Shown here: positions 48,790 to 61,212 of the stretch, in pieces
How positions within the stretch are numbered: the stretch's first letter is position 1
How the letters are laid out: every line of letters starts with the position of its first letter
From: Nitrospiraceae bacterium
GTDB lineage: Bacteria; Nitrospirota; Nitrospiria; Nitrospirales; Nitrospiraceae
Length of the DNA stretch: 64,000 nt
Reading direction: 5' to 3'
Assembly (NCBI GenBank): GCA_050246315.1
Contig: JBFWWG010000007.1
Location: 32,001-96,000 of the forward strand
Notes under the pieces: model-generated
Database searches by the model: none
What the model was told of the DNA's origin: nothing
What the model saw: only the letters and a program-made list of their open reading frames with translations
Made by a program: the position numbers and the translations under genes

Positions 48790-51623
48790 TGGATCGCCTC
48801 ACAACACCGATCACAGAGCGTGGGATGGTTCCGATCCTGCCCGACAGACGACCGGTAGTTCCAGCAGCGCTCGCATTTGCGGTCCATAGATTTCTGGACT
48901 GTGAAGCGCATTCCTGCCGTGAAGCCCAGACCTGCGTCCACAAGTAGTGCCGGTGACGTCTTCACATCTACACTCGAAACAATCAGAAGGCTTGGCAGGT
49001 CAACCTCGTATTGCAAAAGAAATTCATACTGTTGTGGATTCGCCTCGATGACGACGTGGGCTTCAAGAGACGACCCAATGACTTTTTCTCGCCGCTTTTC
49101 TTCCAGCGCCGCCTGAACGGCCGTCCGCACCTCCAGGAGCTTGTCCCACCTTTGAGCCAATGCCGCATCGTTCCATTCTGAACGAGCCTCGGGAAACGAC
49201 GCCAGGTGCACGCTCCAGTTCCGCGGATCGGACACCGCCCCTTTCGGCAGCATGCGCCACACTTCCTCGGCGGTGAAGCTCAGGATCGGCGCCATGAGCT
49301 TGGTCAATGCCCCCAGAATATCGAGTAATACTGTCTGGGAACCGCGGCGCAACCGTGAGTCCTTGCGGAAGGTGTACAGACGATCCTTCAGAATATCCAA
49401 GTAGACGGCGCTCAAGTCCACCGAGCAAAAGTTGTTGAGTTGGTGGAAGATCGAATGGAATTCAAAGGATTCATAGGCGGCCCTGACCCGGGGAATCAGT
49501 TGGTTGAGCCGCATGAGCGCCCAGCGATCCAGCTCGGGCAACCGTTCATACGCTACACGATCCTGAAGCGGATCGAAATCATACAGGTTGCTCAACAGGA
49601 ACCGGCTCGTGTTACGGATTTTCCGATAGGCTTCCACCAGTTGTCCCAGGATCTCCTGCGAGATCCGGAGATCTTCCCGATAATCCTGCGCGGACACCCA
49701 GAGTCGCAGAATTTCCGCTCCGTACTGTTTGATCACGTCCTGGGGAGCGACCACGTTGCCTGCCGATTTGGACATTTTCTTGCCCGCACCGTCCACGACG
49801 AACCCGTGCGTCAGCACCGCCTTGTAGGGAGCGCGCCGGTCGGTGGTGACCCCGGCCAAAAGGGCACTGTGAAACCACCCTCGGTGCTGGTCCGACCCCT
49901 CAAGATAGAGATCTGCCGGCCACCATTTGCGTGGCTTGAGCACGGCGGCATAACTCACGCCGGATTCGAACCAGACATCCAAAATGTCCTTTTCCTTTTC
50001 GAAGGACATGCCGCCGCACTTCGCGCAGGCGGTTCCCGCCGGCAGTAATTCAGCCGCCGATCGGCTGAACCACACATCGGTTCCGTCCCGTTCGACCAGC
50101 GCCGCCACCTGTTCCACGATCGTCGGATTGACGAGGACGGTCTTACAGGCGGTGCAGGAGAATCCGACAATCGGCACCCCCCACACACGCTGCCGCGAGA
50201 TGCACCAGTCGGGGCGATTCTCGATCATGCCGTTGATCCGGTCGCGCCCATAGGACGGAATCCATCGCACCCGCTCGATTTCCGCCAGCGCGTCCTTCCG
50301 GAGGTCGTTCGTCTCCATCGAGACGAACCACTGCTCGGTCGCCCGGAAAATGACCGGACTCTTGCATCGCCAGCAGTGAGGATACGAATGGTTCAGCGAC
50401 CCATGTCCAAGAAGTCGCCCGTTCTCTTGCAACCGTTCCACGATCCGAGGGTTGGCCTTGAACACATGCTGGCCGGCAAAGTCCGGGACGGCCTCGGTAA
50501 ACCGCCCCGCATCGTCAACCGGCGCCAGAATCTCCAGCTTTTCTCCCGGAGAGGCCTGAGCATTGTGTTGGAGGACAAGGAGGTAGTCTTCCATCCCATG
50601 CCCCGGCGCAATATGCACACAACCGGTCCCCTGTTCGAGCGTCACAAAATCGTCGAGCAAGACCGGCGACAGGCCGGTGTTCAATGGACGCTGCGTCTCC
50701 AATCCTTCGAACCCCTCCCCGCCCTTCTTGACGCCCAGCACCGAGACCTGGTCCAACCGACAGGCCTTCGCCACGGCCTCAAGCAGCTTGTGGGCGACGA
50801 TAATCACCTCGTTGCCGACCAGTGCGAACGCATAGTCGATGTCCGCATGGAGGCAGACGGCCTGATTGGCCGGCAAGGTCCAGGGCGTCGTGGTCCAAAT
50901 GACGATAGAGACCCTGGTTACCGAAGGGGGAATCGCGATTCCCGGAAACTTCGTGGCGATCGCAGCCGGCGCTCCGGCCACAGGGAATCTCACATATATC
51001 GAGGGCGACCGATGGTCGTCGTACTCCACTTCGGCTTCCGCGAGCGCCGTTTGGTCCTGCGTGCACCAGAGCACCGGCTTAAGCCCTTTATAGACGCCGC
51101 CGCGCTCGACGAACTTGCCCAGCTCGCGTACGATTTCGGCTTCGTAGGCCGGGGCCATCGTCAGATAGGGGTGGTCCCAATCTCCTAGCACCCCCAGACG
51201 CCGGAATTCGTCGCGTTGGATCTGGTAGTATTTCTCCGCGTATTCCCGGCAGAGCCGCCTGATCCCGATCAGATCAAGCCCCTGCTTCTTGCCTCCCAAC
51301 TCCTTCAACACCTGATGCTCGATCGGAAGGCCGTGACAATCCCACCCCGGCACATACGGAGCCTGATACCCGGCCATGGTCTTGGACTTGACGATGATGT
51401 CCTTCAAGATCTTGTTGAGCGCGTGACCGATGTGAATCCGGCCGTTCGCATAGGGAGGCCCATCATGTAGCATGTAGAGAGGCCGTCCCCGCCCGGCTGC
51501 CTGAATCGCGTCGTAGAGCCGTTGCTGGTCCCACCAGGCGAGCAACTCCGGTTCCCGCTGCGGCAGGTTCGCTTTCATGGGAAAGTCGGTCTGGGGCAGG
51601 TTGAGCGTCGTCTTATAATCCAT
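48786..51623 (-). CDS. ileS: Isoleucine-tRNA ligase (type 1)
   Basis: [28 protein letters not shown]-terminal KCERCW...LCDRC zinc finger. Confidence 0.98.
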   Translation of the reverse strand: MDYKTTLNLPQTDFPMKANLPQREPELLAWWDQQRLYDAIQAAGRGRPLYMLHDGPPYANGRIHIGHALNKILKDIIVKSKTMAGYQAPYVPGWDCHGLPIEHQVLKELGGKKQGLDLIGIRRLCREYAEKYYQIQRDEFRRLGVLGDWDHPYLTMAPAYEAEIVRELGKFVERGGVYKGLKPVLWCTQDQTALAEAEVEYDDHRSPSIYVRFPVAGAPAAIATKFPGIAIPPSVTRVSIVIWTTTPWTLPANQAVCLHADIDYAFALVGNEVIIVAHKLLEAVAKACRLDQVSVLGVKKGGEGFEGLETQRPLNTGLSPVLLDDFVTLEQGTGCVHIAPGHGMEDYLLVLQHNAQASPGEKLEILAPVDDAGRFTEAVPDFAGQHVFKANPRIVERLQENGRLLGHGSLNHSYPHCWRCKSPVIFRATEQWFVSMETNDLRKDALAEIERVRWIPSYGRDRINGMIENRPDWCISRQRVWGVPIVGFSCTACKTVLVNPTIVEQVAALVERDGTDVWFSRSAAELLPAGTACAKCGGMSFEKEKDILDVWFESGVSYAAVLKPRKWWPADLYLEGSDQHRGWFHSALLAGVTTDRRAPYKAVLTHGFVVDGAGKKMSKSAGNVVAPQDVIKQYGAEILRLWVSAQDYREDLRISQEILGQLVEAYRKIRNTSRFLLSNLYDFDPLQDRVAYERLPELDRWALMRLNQLIPRVRAAYESFEFHSIFHQLNNFCSVDLSAVYLDILKDRLYTFRKDSRLRRGSQTVLLDILGALTKLMAPILSFTAEEVWRMLPKGAVSDPRNWSVHLASFPEARSEWNDAALAQRWDKLLEVRTAVQAALEEKRREKVIGSSLEAHVVIEANPQQYEFLLQYEVDLPSLLIVSSVDVKTSPALLVDAGLGFTAGMRFTVQKSMDRKCERCWNYRSSVGQDRNHPTLCDRCCEAIQ

Positions 51624-51708
51624 CAATGAGCCACATACACGAAGATTCGCCCGGAAGTCCAGCGTTCGGGATCGGCAGTGTGGAAGGTGGGAATTCTTTG
51701 CAGGTTGC

Positions 51709-52854
51709 TCAGCTCAGATCCATCATTCGATCCAGCGCCACTCTGGCCCACTGCTTCTCGTCGTCGGGAACGGTGATGTGATTCACCACCCGCCCCTCCA
51801 CCAGATTCTCCATCGCCCAACAGAGATGCGGCGCATCGATCCGGAACATCGTGGCGCATTGGCAGACGGTGGAAGACAGGAAAAACACACGCTTATCGGC
51901 CTGCTCCCGCTTGAGCCGATTCACGAGATTCAGTTCCGTGCCTACGGCCCAGGTCGTACCGGCCGGCGCCTCGCTCACCGCGCGGATGATAAATTCCGTA
52001 GATCCGATCAAATCGGCCTTGTTGACCACGGTTTCGTGGCACTCCGGATGCACGATCACCGTCGCTTCCGGATACTGCTTCCGAAAATAGTCCACATGGG
52101 AAGGCTGGAACATCTGATGAACGCTGCAATGCCCCTTCCATAACAGCAGCCTGGCCTTGCGGACGGCCTCTTGGGAGTGCCCTCCGTTCGGTAAGAGGGG
52201 GTCCCACACGAGCATCTGATCGGGCGGGAAACCCATCTTGTTCGCGGTATTGCGCCCCAAGTGTTCGTCCGGAAAGAACAGGATCTTCTCCCGTCTGGCC
52301 CAGGCCCATTCCATGATCGCCCGCGCGTTCGAGGACGTGCAGGTAAGCCCCCCGTGTTCGCCGCAAAAGGCTTTGAGATTCGCCGCGGAATTGACGTAGA
52401 CGACCGGCAACACGGTCTCCTCGACCGGCACCGCCCTCCCCAGCGATTCCCAGCATTGTTCCACCTGTTCGATCGCCGCCATATCGGCCATCGAACAGCC
52501 TGCGGCGAGATCCGGGAGAATGACGGTTTGGTTGGATCGGCTCAGGATATCGGCGGTCTCCGCCATGAAATGCACGCCGCAAAAGACGACGTACGGGCGG
52601 TCCGCATGTTGTTGGGCCAGCTTCGCCAGAAGCAACGAGTCACCACGAAAGTCCGCGTGCACGATGACTTCGTCGCGCTGGTAGTTGTGACCCAACACCA
52701 TCACTCGGTCGCCCAACGCCCGCTTTGCCTCAATGGTACGTCTGTAGAGTTTATCCGCAGACACCGACTGATATTCGGAGATGGGATGGCACTCGGATCG
52801 CCGGGCGTGTTCCGAGGCAAGCGGTTGACCAAGCACGGGCGATTGAACGAACAT
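51709..52854 (-). CDS. nadA: Quinolinate synthase
   Basis: [34 protein letters not shown]. Confidence 0.96.
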   Translation of the reverse strand: MFVQSPVLGQPLASEHARRSECHPISEYQSVSADKLYRRTIEAKRALGDRVMVLGHNYQRDEVIVHADFRGDSLLLAKLAQQHADRPYVVFCGVHFMAETADILSRSNQTVILPDLAAGCSMADMAAIEQVEQCWESLGRAVPVEETVLPVVYVNSAANLKAFCGEHGGLTCTSSNARAIMEWAWARREKILFFPDEHLGRNTANKMGFPPDQMLVWDPLLPNGGHSQEAVRKARLLLWKGHCSVHQMFQPSHVDYFRKQYPEATVIVHPECHETVVNKADLIGSTEFIIRAVSEAPAGTTWAVGTELNLVNRLKREQADKRVFFLSSTVCQCATMFRIDAPHLCWAMENLVEGRVVNHITVPDDEKQWARVALDRMMDLS

Positions 52855-52878
52855 GTGCTCCTTGAGTAGAGGGGATTT

Positions 52879-52913
52879 CGTAAATTCTACGTGAGTGGTG
52901 CTCCAACAATCAA
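52879..52913 (-). promoter_or_regulatory. nadA promoter overlapped by a palindromic operator-like site
   Basis: TTGATT(52913-52908)-18-TAGAAT(52889-52884); palindrome CGTA-GAATT-TACG at 52891-52879. Confidence 0.55.
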
Positions 52914-53037
52914 CGGACCCGGAAGCACTACCGGCTTGGCGTTCCCTAGGTCCCCTGGGCCAATCGGATTCCGCATTCGAATTCGGTCCTCCTCCTCACA
53001 GACCCGACGGATGTCCTTTGGGCTGACTCTGAGAAGA

Positions 53038-53067
53038 TTGACACCCTCCAAACCGCAGGTGTACGAT
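53038..53067 (+). promoter_or_regulatory. Sigma70 promoter of the thiC leader
   Basis: TTGACA-18-TACGAT just upstream of the riboswitch. Confidence 0.65.
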
Positions 53068-53083
53068 GCGTCAGCATTTGCAT

Positions 53084-53172
53084 CCCAGCTAGGGGAGCCG
53101 AAAGGCTGAGAGCCCGGATAACCGGGCGACCCTCTGAACCTGACCTGGATAATGCCAGCGTAGGGAAGCGGC
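53084..53172 (+). ncRNA. TPP riboswitch (THI element)
   Basis: GGGGAGCC...GGCTGAGA...ACCCT-TGAACCTGA-CTGGATAATGCCAGCGTAGGGAAG consensus, upstream of thiC. Confidence 0.95.
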
Positions 53173-53189
53173 GAACTTGATACCGTTGA

Positions 53190-55169
<1,980 letters not shown>

Positions 55170-55183
55170 CAGGAGCGATCATC

Positions 55184-55984
55184 ATGACAACACCAAGACC
55201 GGCTCCATTGCAGGAACGCGACATCACCCGGCACATCGCCCGGGAGTACCATAAAGAATTCGACCAGCTCATCGAGAGCGACGTGATCATCGTCGGAGCC
55301 GGCCCATCGGGCTTGATCTGCGCCCATGACCTGGCGGCGATGGGGTTCCGGACCTTGATCGTCGAACAGTCACTGGCGCTTGGCGGCGGGTTCTGGCACG
55401 GCGGCTATCTGATGAACAAGGCCACCATCTGCGAACCGGCCAACGAGATTCTTGAAGGAATCGGCGTGCCCTGCAAACGGATCAAGGAATGTGAGGGCAT
55501 GTACATGGTTGATCCACCGTACGCGACCGGGGCTCTCATCGCCGCCGCCTACCGGGCCGGGGCAAAGGTCTTGAACCTCACCAGGGTCGTGGATCTCATT
55601 CTGCGGCGGGAGGGGGTGCTGGAAGGAGTCGTGGTCAACAATACGACGGCGGAAATGGCCGGGCACGACGTCATTCACGTCGATCCCATTGCTCTGGAAA
55701 GCAAGATCGTGGTCGATGCGACCGGCCACGACGCCGTCGTGGTGGGATTGCTCCACCGGCGCAATCTCTATCAGCGGGTGCCGGGCAACGGGGCCATGTG
55801 GGTGTCCCGATCGGAAGAAGAAGTCATGAATCGGACCGGCGAGGTGTATCCGAATTGCTTTGTCATCGGGCTGGCGGTGGCGGCCGTCAACGGCACGCCT
55901 CGCATGGGGCCGGCCTTCGGCTCCATGTTGTTGTCCGGCCGATACGGCGCCGAGTTGATTAAGAAGAAACTGAAGCAGGAGTGA
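55184..55984 (+). CDS. thi4: THI4-family thiazole synthase, non-Cys (sulfide-using) type
   Basis: IVGAGPSG, GGGFWHGG, HVDP, DATGHD, PRMGPAFGSMLLSG. Confidence 0.92.
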   Translation: MTTPRPAPLQERDITRHIAREYHKEFDQLIESDVIIVGAGPSGLICAHDLAAMGFRTLIVEQSLALGGGFWHGGYLMNKATICEPANEILEGIGVPCKRIKECEGMYMVDPPYATGALIAAAYRAGAKVLNLTRVVDLILRREGVLEGVVVNNTTAEMAGHDVIHVDPIALESKIVVDATGHDAVVVGLLHRRNLYQRVPGNGAMWVSRSEEEVMNRTGEVYPNCFVIGLAVAAVNGTPRMGPAFGSMLLSGRYGAELIKKKLKQE

Positions 55985-55997
55985 GGCACTTTTCTTT

Positions 55998-56122
55998 GCG
56001 GCTGTTCAAACCCGTCACTCAGCGAGGCCGCAAGGAGTGAATACCCCGAGGCGTACTCTTTCTCGTACGTCGAGGGAGATGAACGACTGAGAACGACGCT
56101 GATGGCGGGTTTCAACAGCCGC
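55998..56122. repeat. 125-bp intergenic element with terminal inverted repeats (MITE/REP-like)
   Basis: gcggctgttcaaacccgtca ... tggcgggtttcaacagccgc, 18/20 complementary. Confidence 0.75.
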
Positions 56123-56124
56123 TT

Positions 56125-56640
56125 ATGGATGTACAAGATTTTCTAGCCCAGGGCGAAGGCCGCGAAGAAGACAAACGCGAAGCGTGGCAGCTTTTCCAGC
56201 AAGCCTTCGAGTTGCAACGAAAGGGTGAGTTGGAGGAAGCCGTCCGCCTCTACAAGCGGTCGATCGACGCCTACCCGACTGCCGAAGCCTATACGTTTCT
56301 CGGGTGGACCTACAGCTTCATGGGGCGGATCGACGAGGCGATCGAGGAATGCCACCATGCGATCTCGCAGGACCCGGATTTCGGCAACCCCTACAACGAT
56401 ATCGGCGCATACCTGATCGAGAAGGGGCAATTCGACGACTCCATTCCCTGGTTCGAGCGCGCCATGCAGGCCAGGCGGTATGAAAGCCCGGAGTATCCAC
56501 ACCTGAATCTCGGCCGAGTTTATGAGCGCAAAGGCGATTGGCCCAAGGCGATTGACTGTTACAAACGGGCGCTCACGCTCAACCCCAATTACGCGCTCGC
56601 CAAGAAGTCGCTGGGACGGCTGATCAGTTCGATGAACTAA
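56125..56640 (+). CDS. TPR-repeat protein
   Basis: Successive TPRs: AEAYTFLG, GNPYNDIG, PHLNLG. Confidence 0.9.
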   Translation: MDVQDFLAQGEGREEDKREAWQLFQQAFELQRKGELEEAVRLYKRSIDAYPTAEAYTFLGWTYSFMGRIDEAIEECHHAISQDPDFGNPYNDIGAYLIEKGQFDDSIPWFERAMQARRYESPEYPHLNLGRVYERKGDWPKAIDCYKRALTLNPNYALAKKSLGRLISSMN

Positions 56641-56660
56641 TCAAATTGAAATCTCCTGCA

Positions 56661-57044
56661 ATGACCGACCAGACGAAAACGATCCTCGTCGTGATCAACG
56701 ACCTTTTCTTTTACACGAAGCTGCGCGATGCCCTGCTTCCTCAGGGCTACAAGCTGGAGCGGGCTCGCACGCAGGAGGATTTCGCGTCGAAGGCCGCCGC
56801 GATCGGTCCTGATGCAGTGGTCATGAACCTCAACGACCTCAGTCTGGACCCGTTCCGAGCACTGACGTTGTTGAAGGCTGATCCTGTATTGGCCAAGGTG
56901 CCGGTGTTGGCCTTCGCCAACCATGAGGAAGTGGAGACCTGGCATCGTGCAAAGACTCTTGGTGTCTCGAAGATCGTCTCGCGCAATGAGTTTTCCGCAC
57001 GAACGAGCGCGTTGGTTCAAGAAGTCATGGGAGGCCGTCCATGA
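56661..57044 (+). CDS. Stand-alone receiver-like protein
   Basis: Receiver-fold pattern ILVVIND...DAVVMNL...VPVLAF. Confidence 0.65.
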   Translation: MTDQTKTILVVINDLFFYTKLRDALLPQGYKLERARTQEDFASKAAAIGPDAVVMNLNDLSLDPFRALTLLKADPVLAKVPVLAFANHEEVETWHRAKTLGVSKIVSRNEFSARTSALVQEVMGGRP

Positions 57045-58141
57045 ACCCGTTACGCCTGAGAGACGAACATGCCGCGGCCGGAGCCGAGTTTGGCGATGCA
57101 TTCGGCTGGGAGGTGCCGCTGCGTTACGGTGATCCTGCAGACGAACACCAGGCCGTTCGCCAAGCCGTTGGGCTGTCCGATCTGTGCCACCGGGGCATCC
57201 TCCGGGTGACCGGCGACGATCGGGTGAAGTGGCTCCAGAGCATCATCAGCAACGACCTCATGCCCCTGAAACCGGGCCAGTATCTCTATTCAAGCTTGCT
57301 CACGCACAAAGGCAGGATGCTCTCTTATTTCCGCTGCTACATACAGGAAGACGCGGTGTTGCTGGAAGACGTGGGGGAAGTCGGGGACCTAACCTATCAG
57401 GCAATCCGGAAATTCCTCCTGTACGGCACCAAGGCCAAGCTTCAGAATCTTTCAGAAACCTGGGGACTACTCCTCGTGAGCGGCCCGAGAGCCGCGGAGC
57501 TGATCAGGACTTCGTTCGGTCTCGACACCGCTTCGCTCCAGCCCCTGCGGTTCATCAGCCACAACCTCGAAGGATCACCTGCACTGTTCAGTCGCACGGA
57601 GGAGACGGGAGAGACCGACATCGAAATTCTCCTCCCCAGCGACAGGCTCGGATCGGTCTGGCAGCAACTCCTGGCTGCGGGCCGTCCGTTCGGGCTGAAA
57701 CCGGTTGGATCAGAGGCACGGCAGGCCCTGCGAATGGAAGCGGGGATCCCAGCTATTGGAATCGATTTGACGGAAGACATTGTACCCCCGGAAGCGAATC
57801 TGGAAGGCAAAGCATTCAGCCTGACCAAAGGCTGTTATCCGGGACAAGAGGTCGTGGCGCGGATGGACACCTACGGGAGCGTCCGGCGTCACCTGGTGGG
57901 ACTCGTGGTCGAGGGATCGACGGTCCCACCGAAGGGAGCGAAACTGTTCAGCGGGGATCGCGAGGTGGGATGGATCAGTAGTGCGGTCCACTCTCCTCAG
58001 TTGGGACAGGTCATCGCCTTTGGTTTCCCGCTGCGGGACTTCAGCAAGCCGGAGACCTCGTTGAGCATCGAACTGGACAGCCGCCGGGTCCACGCGACCG
58101 TCCAGGCCCTACCGTTCTACCGCCGGTCCTCTCCCGCCTGA
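57041..58141 (+). CDS. ygfZ: YgfZ/GcvT-family folate-binding protein
   Basis: GcvT fold with KGCYPGQE signature. Confidence 0.85.
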   Translation: MNPLRLRDEHAAAGAEFGDAFGWEVPLRYGDPADEHQAVRQAVGLSDLCHRGILRVTGDDRVKWLQSIISNDLMPLKPGQYLYSSLLTHKGRMLSYFRCYIQEDAVLLEDVGEVGDLTYQAIRKFLLYGTKAKLQNLSETWGLLLVSGPRAAELIRTSFGLDTASLQPLRFISHNLEGSPALFSRTEETGETDIEILLPSDRLGSVWQQLLAAGRPFGLKPVGSEARQALRMEAGIPAIGIDLTEDIVPPEANLEGKAFSLTKGCYPGQEVVARMDTYGSVRRHLVGLVVEGSTVPPKGAKLFSGDREVGWISSAVHSPQLGQVIAFGFPLRDFSKPETSLSIELDSRRVHATVQALPFYRRSSPA

Positions 58142-58183
58142 TCAACCTCGGCTGAAGCGATTTCGGTCAGGAGCCCTTCGGGG

Positions 58184-58666
58184 CTACTTCTCCGGGTTTC
58201 GCGCGGACGTAACCGCCGCGGCAAAATTCAACAGAGTCTTTCGTTCCGCATCTTCCAGCGCCAGCAGCAGGTGTGCCTCCTCGCCATGCATCAGCCTCAG
58301 GCTGAGAAACGGGTCCTCCTGCCGCTTCTCGCGGTTGTTCCAAAGCGCGTCGATCACCTGCACCTTGTCCAACTGGCCAACCGAGACGATGTCGTAACGA
58401 AAGTACGAGTCCCCGATGACCATATCGAAGACCACGCCTCCTGCCGTCAAGGCCAACACATTGAACCGTCCCTGGTCTTCGTAGCCTTCCGGCAAAAACT
58501 TATTGATGTGGAAATGCGCGACCTTGCGGTCCCCCAGCGCCGCCTGCACATTCTTCCTGAGCGCCTCATAGTCGATCTGCAATGCTTTTTCATCCGGCCC
58601 GGTCGCCGCCACGGCGGCATCCTTGACCCGCTCAAATACGTCGTTCGCTGTGATGCCTGCTCCCAT
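58184..58666 (-). CDS. Hypothetical protein
   Basis: Host-like codon usage; GGAGAG RBS before ATG 58666. Confidence 0.75.
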   Translation of the reverse strand: MGAGITANDVFERVKDAAVAATGPDEKALQIDYEALRKNVQAALGDRKVAHFHINKFLPEGYEDQGRFNVLALTAGGVVFDMVIGDSYFRYDIVSVGQLDKVQVIDALWNNREKRQEDPFLSLRLMHGEEAHLLLALEDAERKTLLNFAAAVTSARNPEK

Positions 58667-58724
58667 CGTGCTCTCCCCTTTCTGGTCTTCGCCATCTCCT
58701 TGCAAACACAGCCAATTGGAGTGA

Positions 58725-58970
58725 TCAGGATGGCCGGATCGATCGCCGCGCCCGGATCACGCCCATGACTCCGATCGCCGCCCAGGAGAACTCCAAGAGA
58801 ATGAATCCCGCTTGCTGTTCAACCAGCGCCACCAGGCCGAGCAACAGCGATCCGAGAATATTCAGTGCCAAATACCCGCCGTCCAGCTCGCGCCAAATGC
58901 CGTTCTGATTCAATCCATAGGCCACCAGCACCATCACCGCCCCGATCACCGACAGAACTTGAAGCCACAT
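58725..58970 (-). CDS. Small membrane protein (CBU_0592-like)
   Basis: Three hydrophobic helices, 'IGAVMVLVAY...YLALNILGS...FILLEFSW'. Confidence 0.75.
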   Translation of the reverse strand: MWLQVLSVIGAVMVLVAYGLNQNGIWRELDGGYLALNILGSLLLGLVALVEQQAGFILLEFSWAAIGVMGVIRARRSIRPS

Positions 58971-59135
58971 CGCCGCATCCGTTCCGCCCGCGGACGCAGG
59001 ACCTCACTCTTCCAGACCGACAGTGGCCGTCAGATCGTCCTGCGTAGGGCGTCGTACCGTACCTGGTCGGCGTTCGAGAATGCAAGCGAGCAGCCGGCCG
59101 GATTCAAATGATTCGAAAGGCGCGACGACCGAGTG

Positions 59136-60695
59136 CTAACGAGCCGCCACTTGGTGAGTGTGACGGACCGTTCCCTCTTCGTCTGCAATCTGCACCTGAA
59201 ACCGCTGCCGGTCAGCCGTCACAAGCCCGAAGTTGAAGTACCCCGAATCGGAGAACAGATTGGTGGGGCGGAACGTCGGCGCAGGCGTGACCGGACGAGC
59301 GGGATTCGCCGACAAGGGGCCGGCGATGAATTCATGAAAATCCGGTACCCCGTCGCCCGACGGATCGTAGGCATTGGCTTGGACGTAGTGGACGTCGGCG
59401 GCGAGCCATACGACGTTGCGGATGTCGCGGCTCAGGATCGTCTCGACGATCAGGCTCAACTCATACTCGAATCCCGTCCCGTCATTGGCCCGGGCCCAAC
59501 TGTCGTGTCCAGGCGCGCTGATCGTCCCTCCTTTCCGATTGTTGGAAAGCGGCACGCTGGTCACGATGACCTTCCAGGTCGCAGTCGATTCCGCCAGGCC
59601 CCGCAACAGCCAGTCCCGTTGATTGGCTCCCAGCATCGTCTTGCCGGGACCGTCGGGGTCGCTGTTGCGGCTGCGGTACTGCCGCGTGTCGAGGATGAAG
59701 AGTTCCACGTCCGCGCCGTATCGGAATCCTCGATAGAGCCTCGTCGGGTCATCCTGCGGGGTTCCGATCGGCCAATAGTCCAACAACGCCTGACGACCGG
59801 CCGGCATCTGCGAATCGTAGGGTCCCGAGAAATTGTTGCGAACCTCGTGATCGTCCCAGGTCACCAATACCGGCGTTTCGCTCAGGAATCGCCTGAGACT
59901 GGAGGCACCCCGCTGGTAGCGATGCTTGGCGCGATATTGGTCCACGGTTTCCGCGGCAAACGAACTGCCCGCCACGTTCGGAGGAGCGCCGCAGACCTCA
60001 TCCCCATACACGGTGTCCCCAACGAATAGCATGGCTTCGGCCTGCTGATTCCTCATGCGGTCGAAGATGGGATATTCGTCCTGGCCAGTCCGACATCGCC
60101 CCTGTCCGCCAAGATCGGCGCTCCAGAGCAACCTGATCGGGCTGTGCTCCGTGACTGTCGGCGCAGTGCGAAACGTCCCTTCCTCACTCGGCTTGGCCGC
60201 GTTGCCGAAAGAAGCGGCCTCGTCCACGGCCGCCGCCCAAAACCGATAGCGATACCTGGTCGCAGGACGGAGACCGGAAATTTTCACCTTCACCGTATAA
60301 TCATCGGCAGCGCTCGTGGCCCGGAGCGCGCTTGCTTGGGAAGCTTCAGCCGGAGGAGGAGCCTTCGCCTGAGCCCGTCCTGACACGGTTCCATCGGTAG
60401 CAGTACCAGCTTCATCCCACCATTCCGCTTGAATGATGCGAGGACCGTTGGTCCTGGTCCAGATGACCGCTGTCTGGTCCGTAATATCGCCGCTGGCGAG
60501 ACCTTGGACAAAAGGACCGATCGGGGCCTCTTCCTCCGTGAACGGGCTGCCCGGCGGCAGGCCTTCCTTGTAGACAGGGGCACAACTTGCGAAGAGTACG
60601 AAGAGACCGGCTGCGAGGCCACCACGCAAGGAGAAGAGCTGACCACAGTGGACCATGTCGCTCAGTCGTTTACAGGAAGGAGTCAGGAGCGTCAA
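59136..60695 (-). CDS. phoD: PhoD-family alkaline phosphatase (lipoprotein-like)
   Basis: GLASGD..VIWTR, GDTVY, WDDHE, LDTRQYR, ADVH; LFASC lipobox-like; start uncertain. Confidence 0.9.
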   Translation of the reverse strand: MTLLTPSCKRLSDMVHCGQLFSLRGGLAAGLFVLFASCAPVYKEGLPPGSPFTEEEAPIGPFVQGLASGDITDQTAVIWTRTNGPRIIQAEWWDEAGTATDGTVSGRAQAKAPPPAEASQASALRATSAADDYTVKVKISGLRPATRYRYRFWAAAVDEAASFGNAAKPSEEGTFRTAPTVTEHSPIRLLWSADLGGQGRCRTGQDEYPIFDRMRNQQAEAMLFVGDTVYGDEVCGAPPNVAGSSFAAETVDQYRAKHRYQRGASSLRRFLSETPVLVTWDDHEVRNNFSGPYDSQMPAGRQALLDYWPIGTPQDDPTRLYRGFRYGADVELFILDTRQYRSRNSDPDGPGKTMLGANQRDWLLRGLAESTATWKVIVTSVPLSNNRKGGTISAPGHDSWARANDGTGFEYELSLIVETILSRDIRNVVWLAADVHYVQANAYDPSGDGVPDFHEFIAGPLSANPARPVTPAPTFRPTNLFSDSGYFNFGLVTADRQRFQVQIADEEGTVRHTHQVAAR

Positions 60696-60793
60696 GACAA
60701 GTTTGAGGCTGACAGGATTGAGGCGAATGAAATTATGGCCGGTTGCTTTCCGAGAGCGGCGTTGGGCATACTAGATCCCGAAAGGGCAGACCA

Positions 60794-61033
60794 ATGACCA
60801 GCGAACGTTGTCTCGTTCAGGACTGTACCGCCCGACCCTATGCGCCGGCAGGCACGGGCGCGATCTGTAAGCCGCATTTCATCGATTTCCTGACATGGCG
60901 CCGCCGCCGCGGGCTTCAGATGTTTCTGAAATACGCCGGCATGACCATGCCCGAGCGCGATGTGATCGTCGAAGAATGGCGCAAGACCGTCAAGGTCGAA
61001 GAAGCGCCGATCGCCCCGACTGCAAAACCCTGA
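60794..61033 (+). CDS. Small hypothetical protein with C-x4-C-x13-C-x2-H motif
   Basis: MTSERCLVQDC...ICKPHF. Confidence 0.65.
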   Translation: MTSERCLVQDCTARPYAPAGTGAICKPHFIDFLTWRRRRGLQMFLKYAGMTMPERDVIVEEWRKTVKVEEAPIAPTAKP

Positions 61034-61212
61034 GTCGTCCGCCCCGTTGGTTTACTTCTCTCCGTCGAACTGTACCTCACGCCCTGATTGTCCCCCTCTT
61101 CCCAAAGCAGACGTATTTGTGGCAAACGAAGCCGCAGGGCAATGCAAGTCGTTCGCGGCAGGCACAGGAACTAAACGTATCTGATGGAACGCTGGCGACG
61201 CCACCGATCACC

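Noticed and set aside
52914..53037. NAD riboswitch upstream of nadA
   Set aside because: No recognisable aptamer consensus, and the likely nadA promoter lies downstream of this stretch
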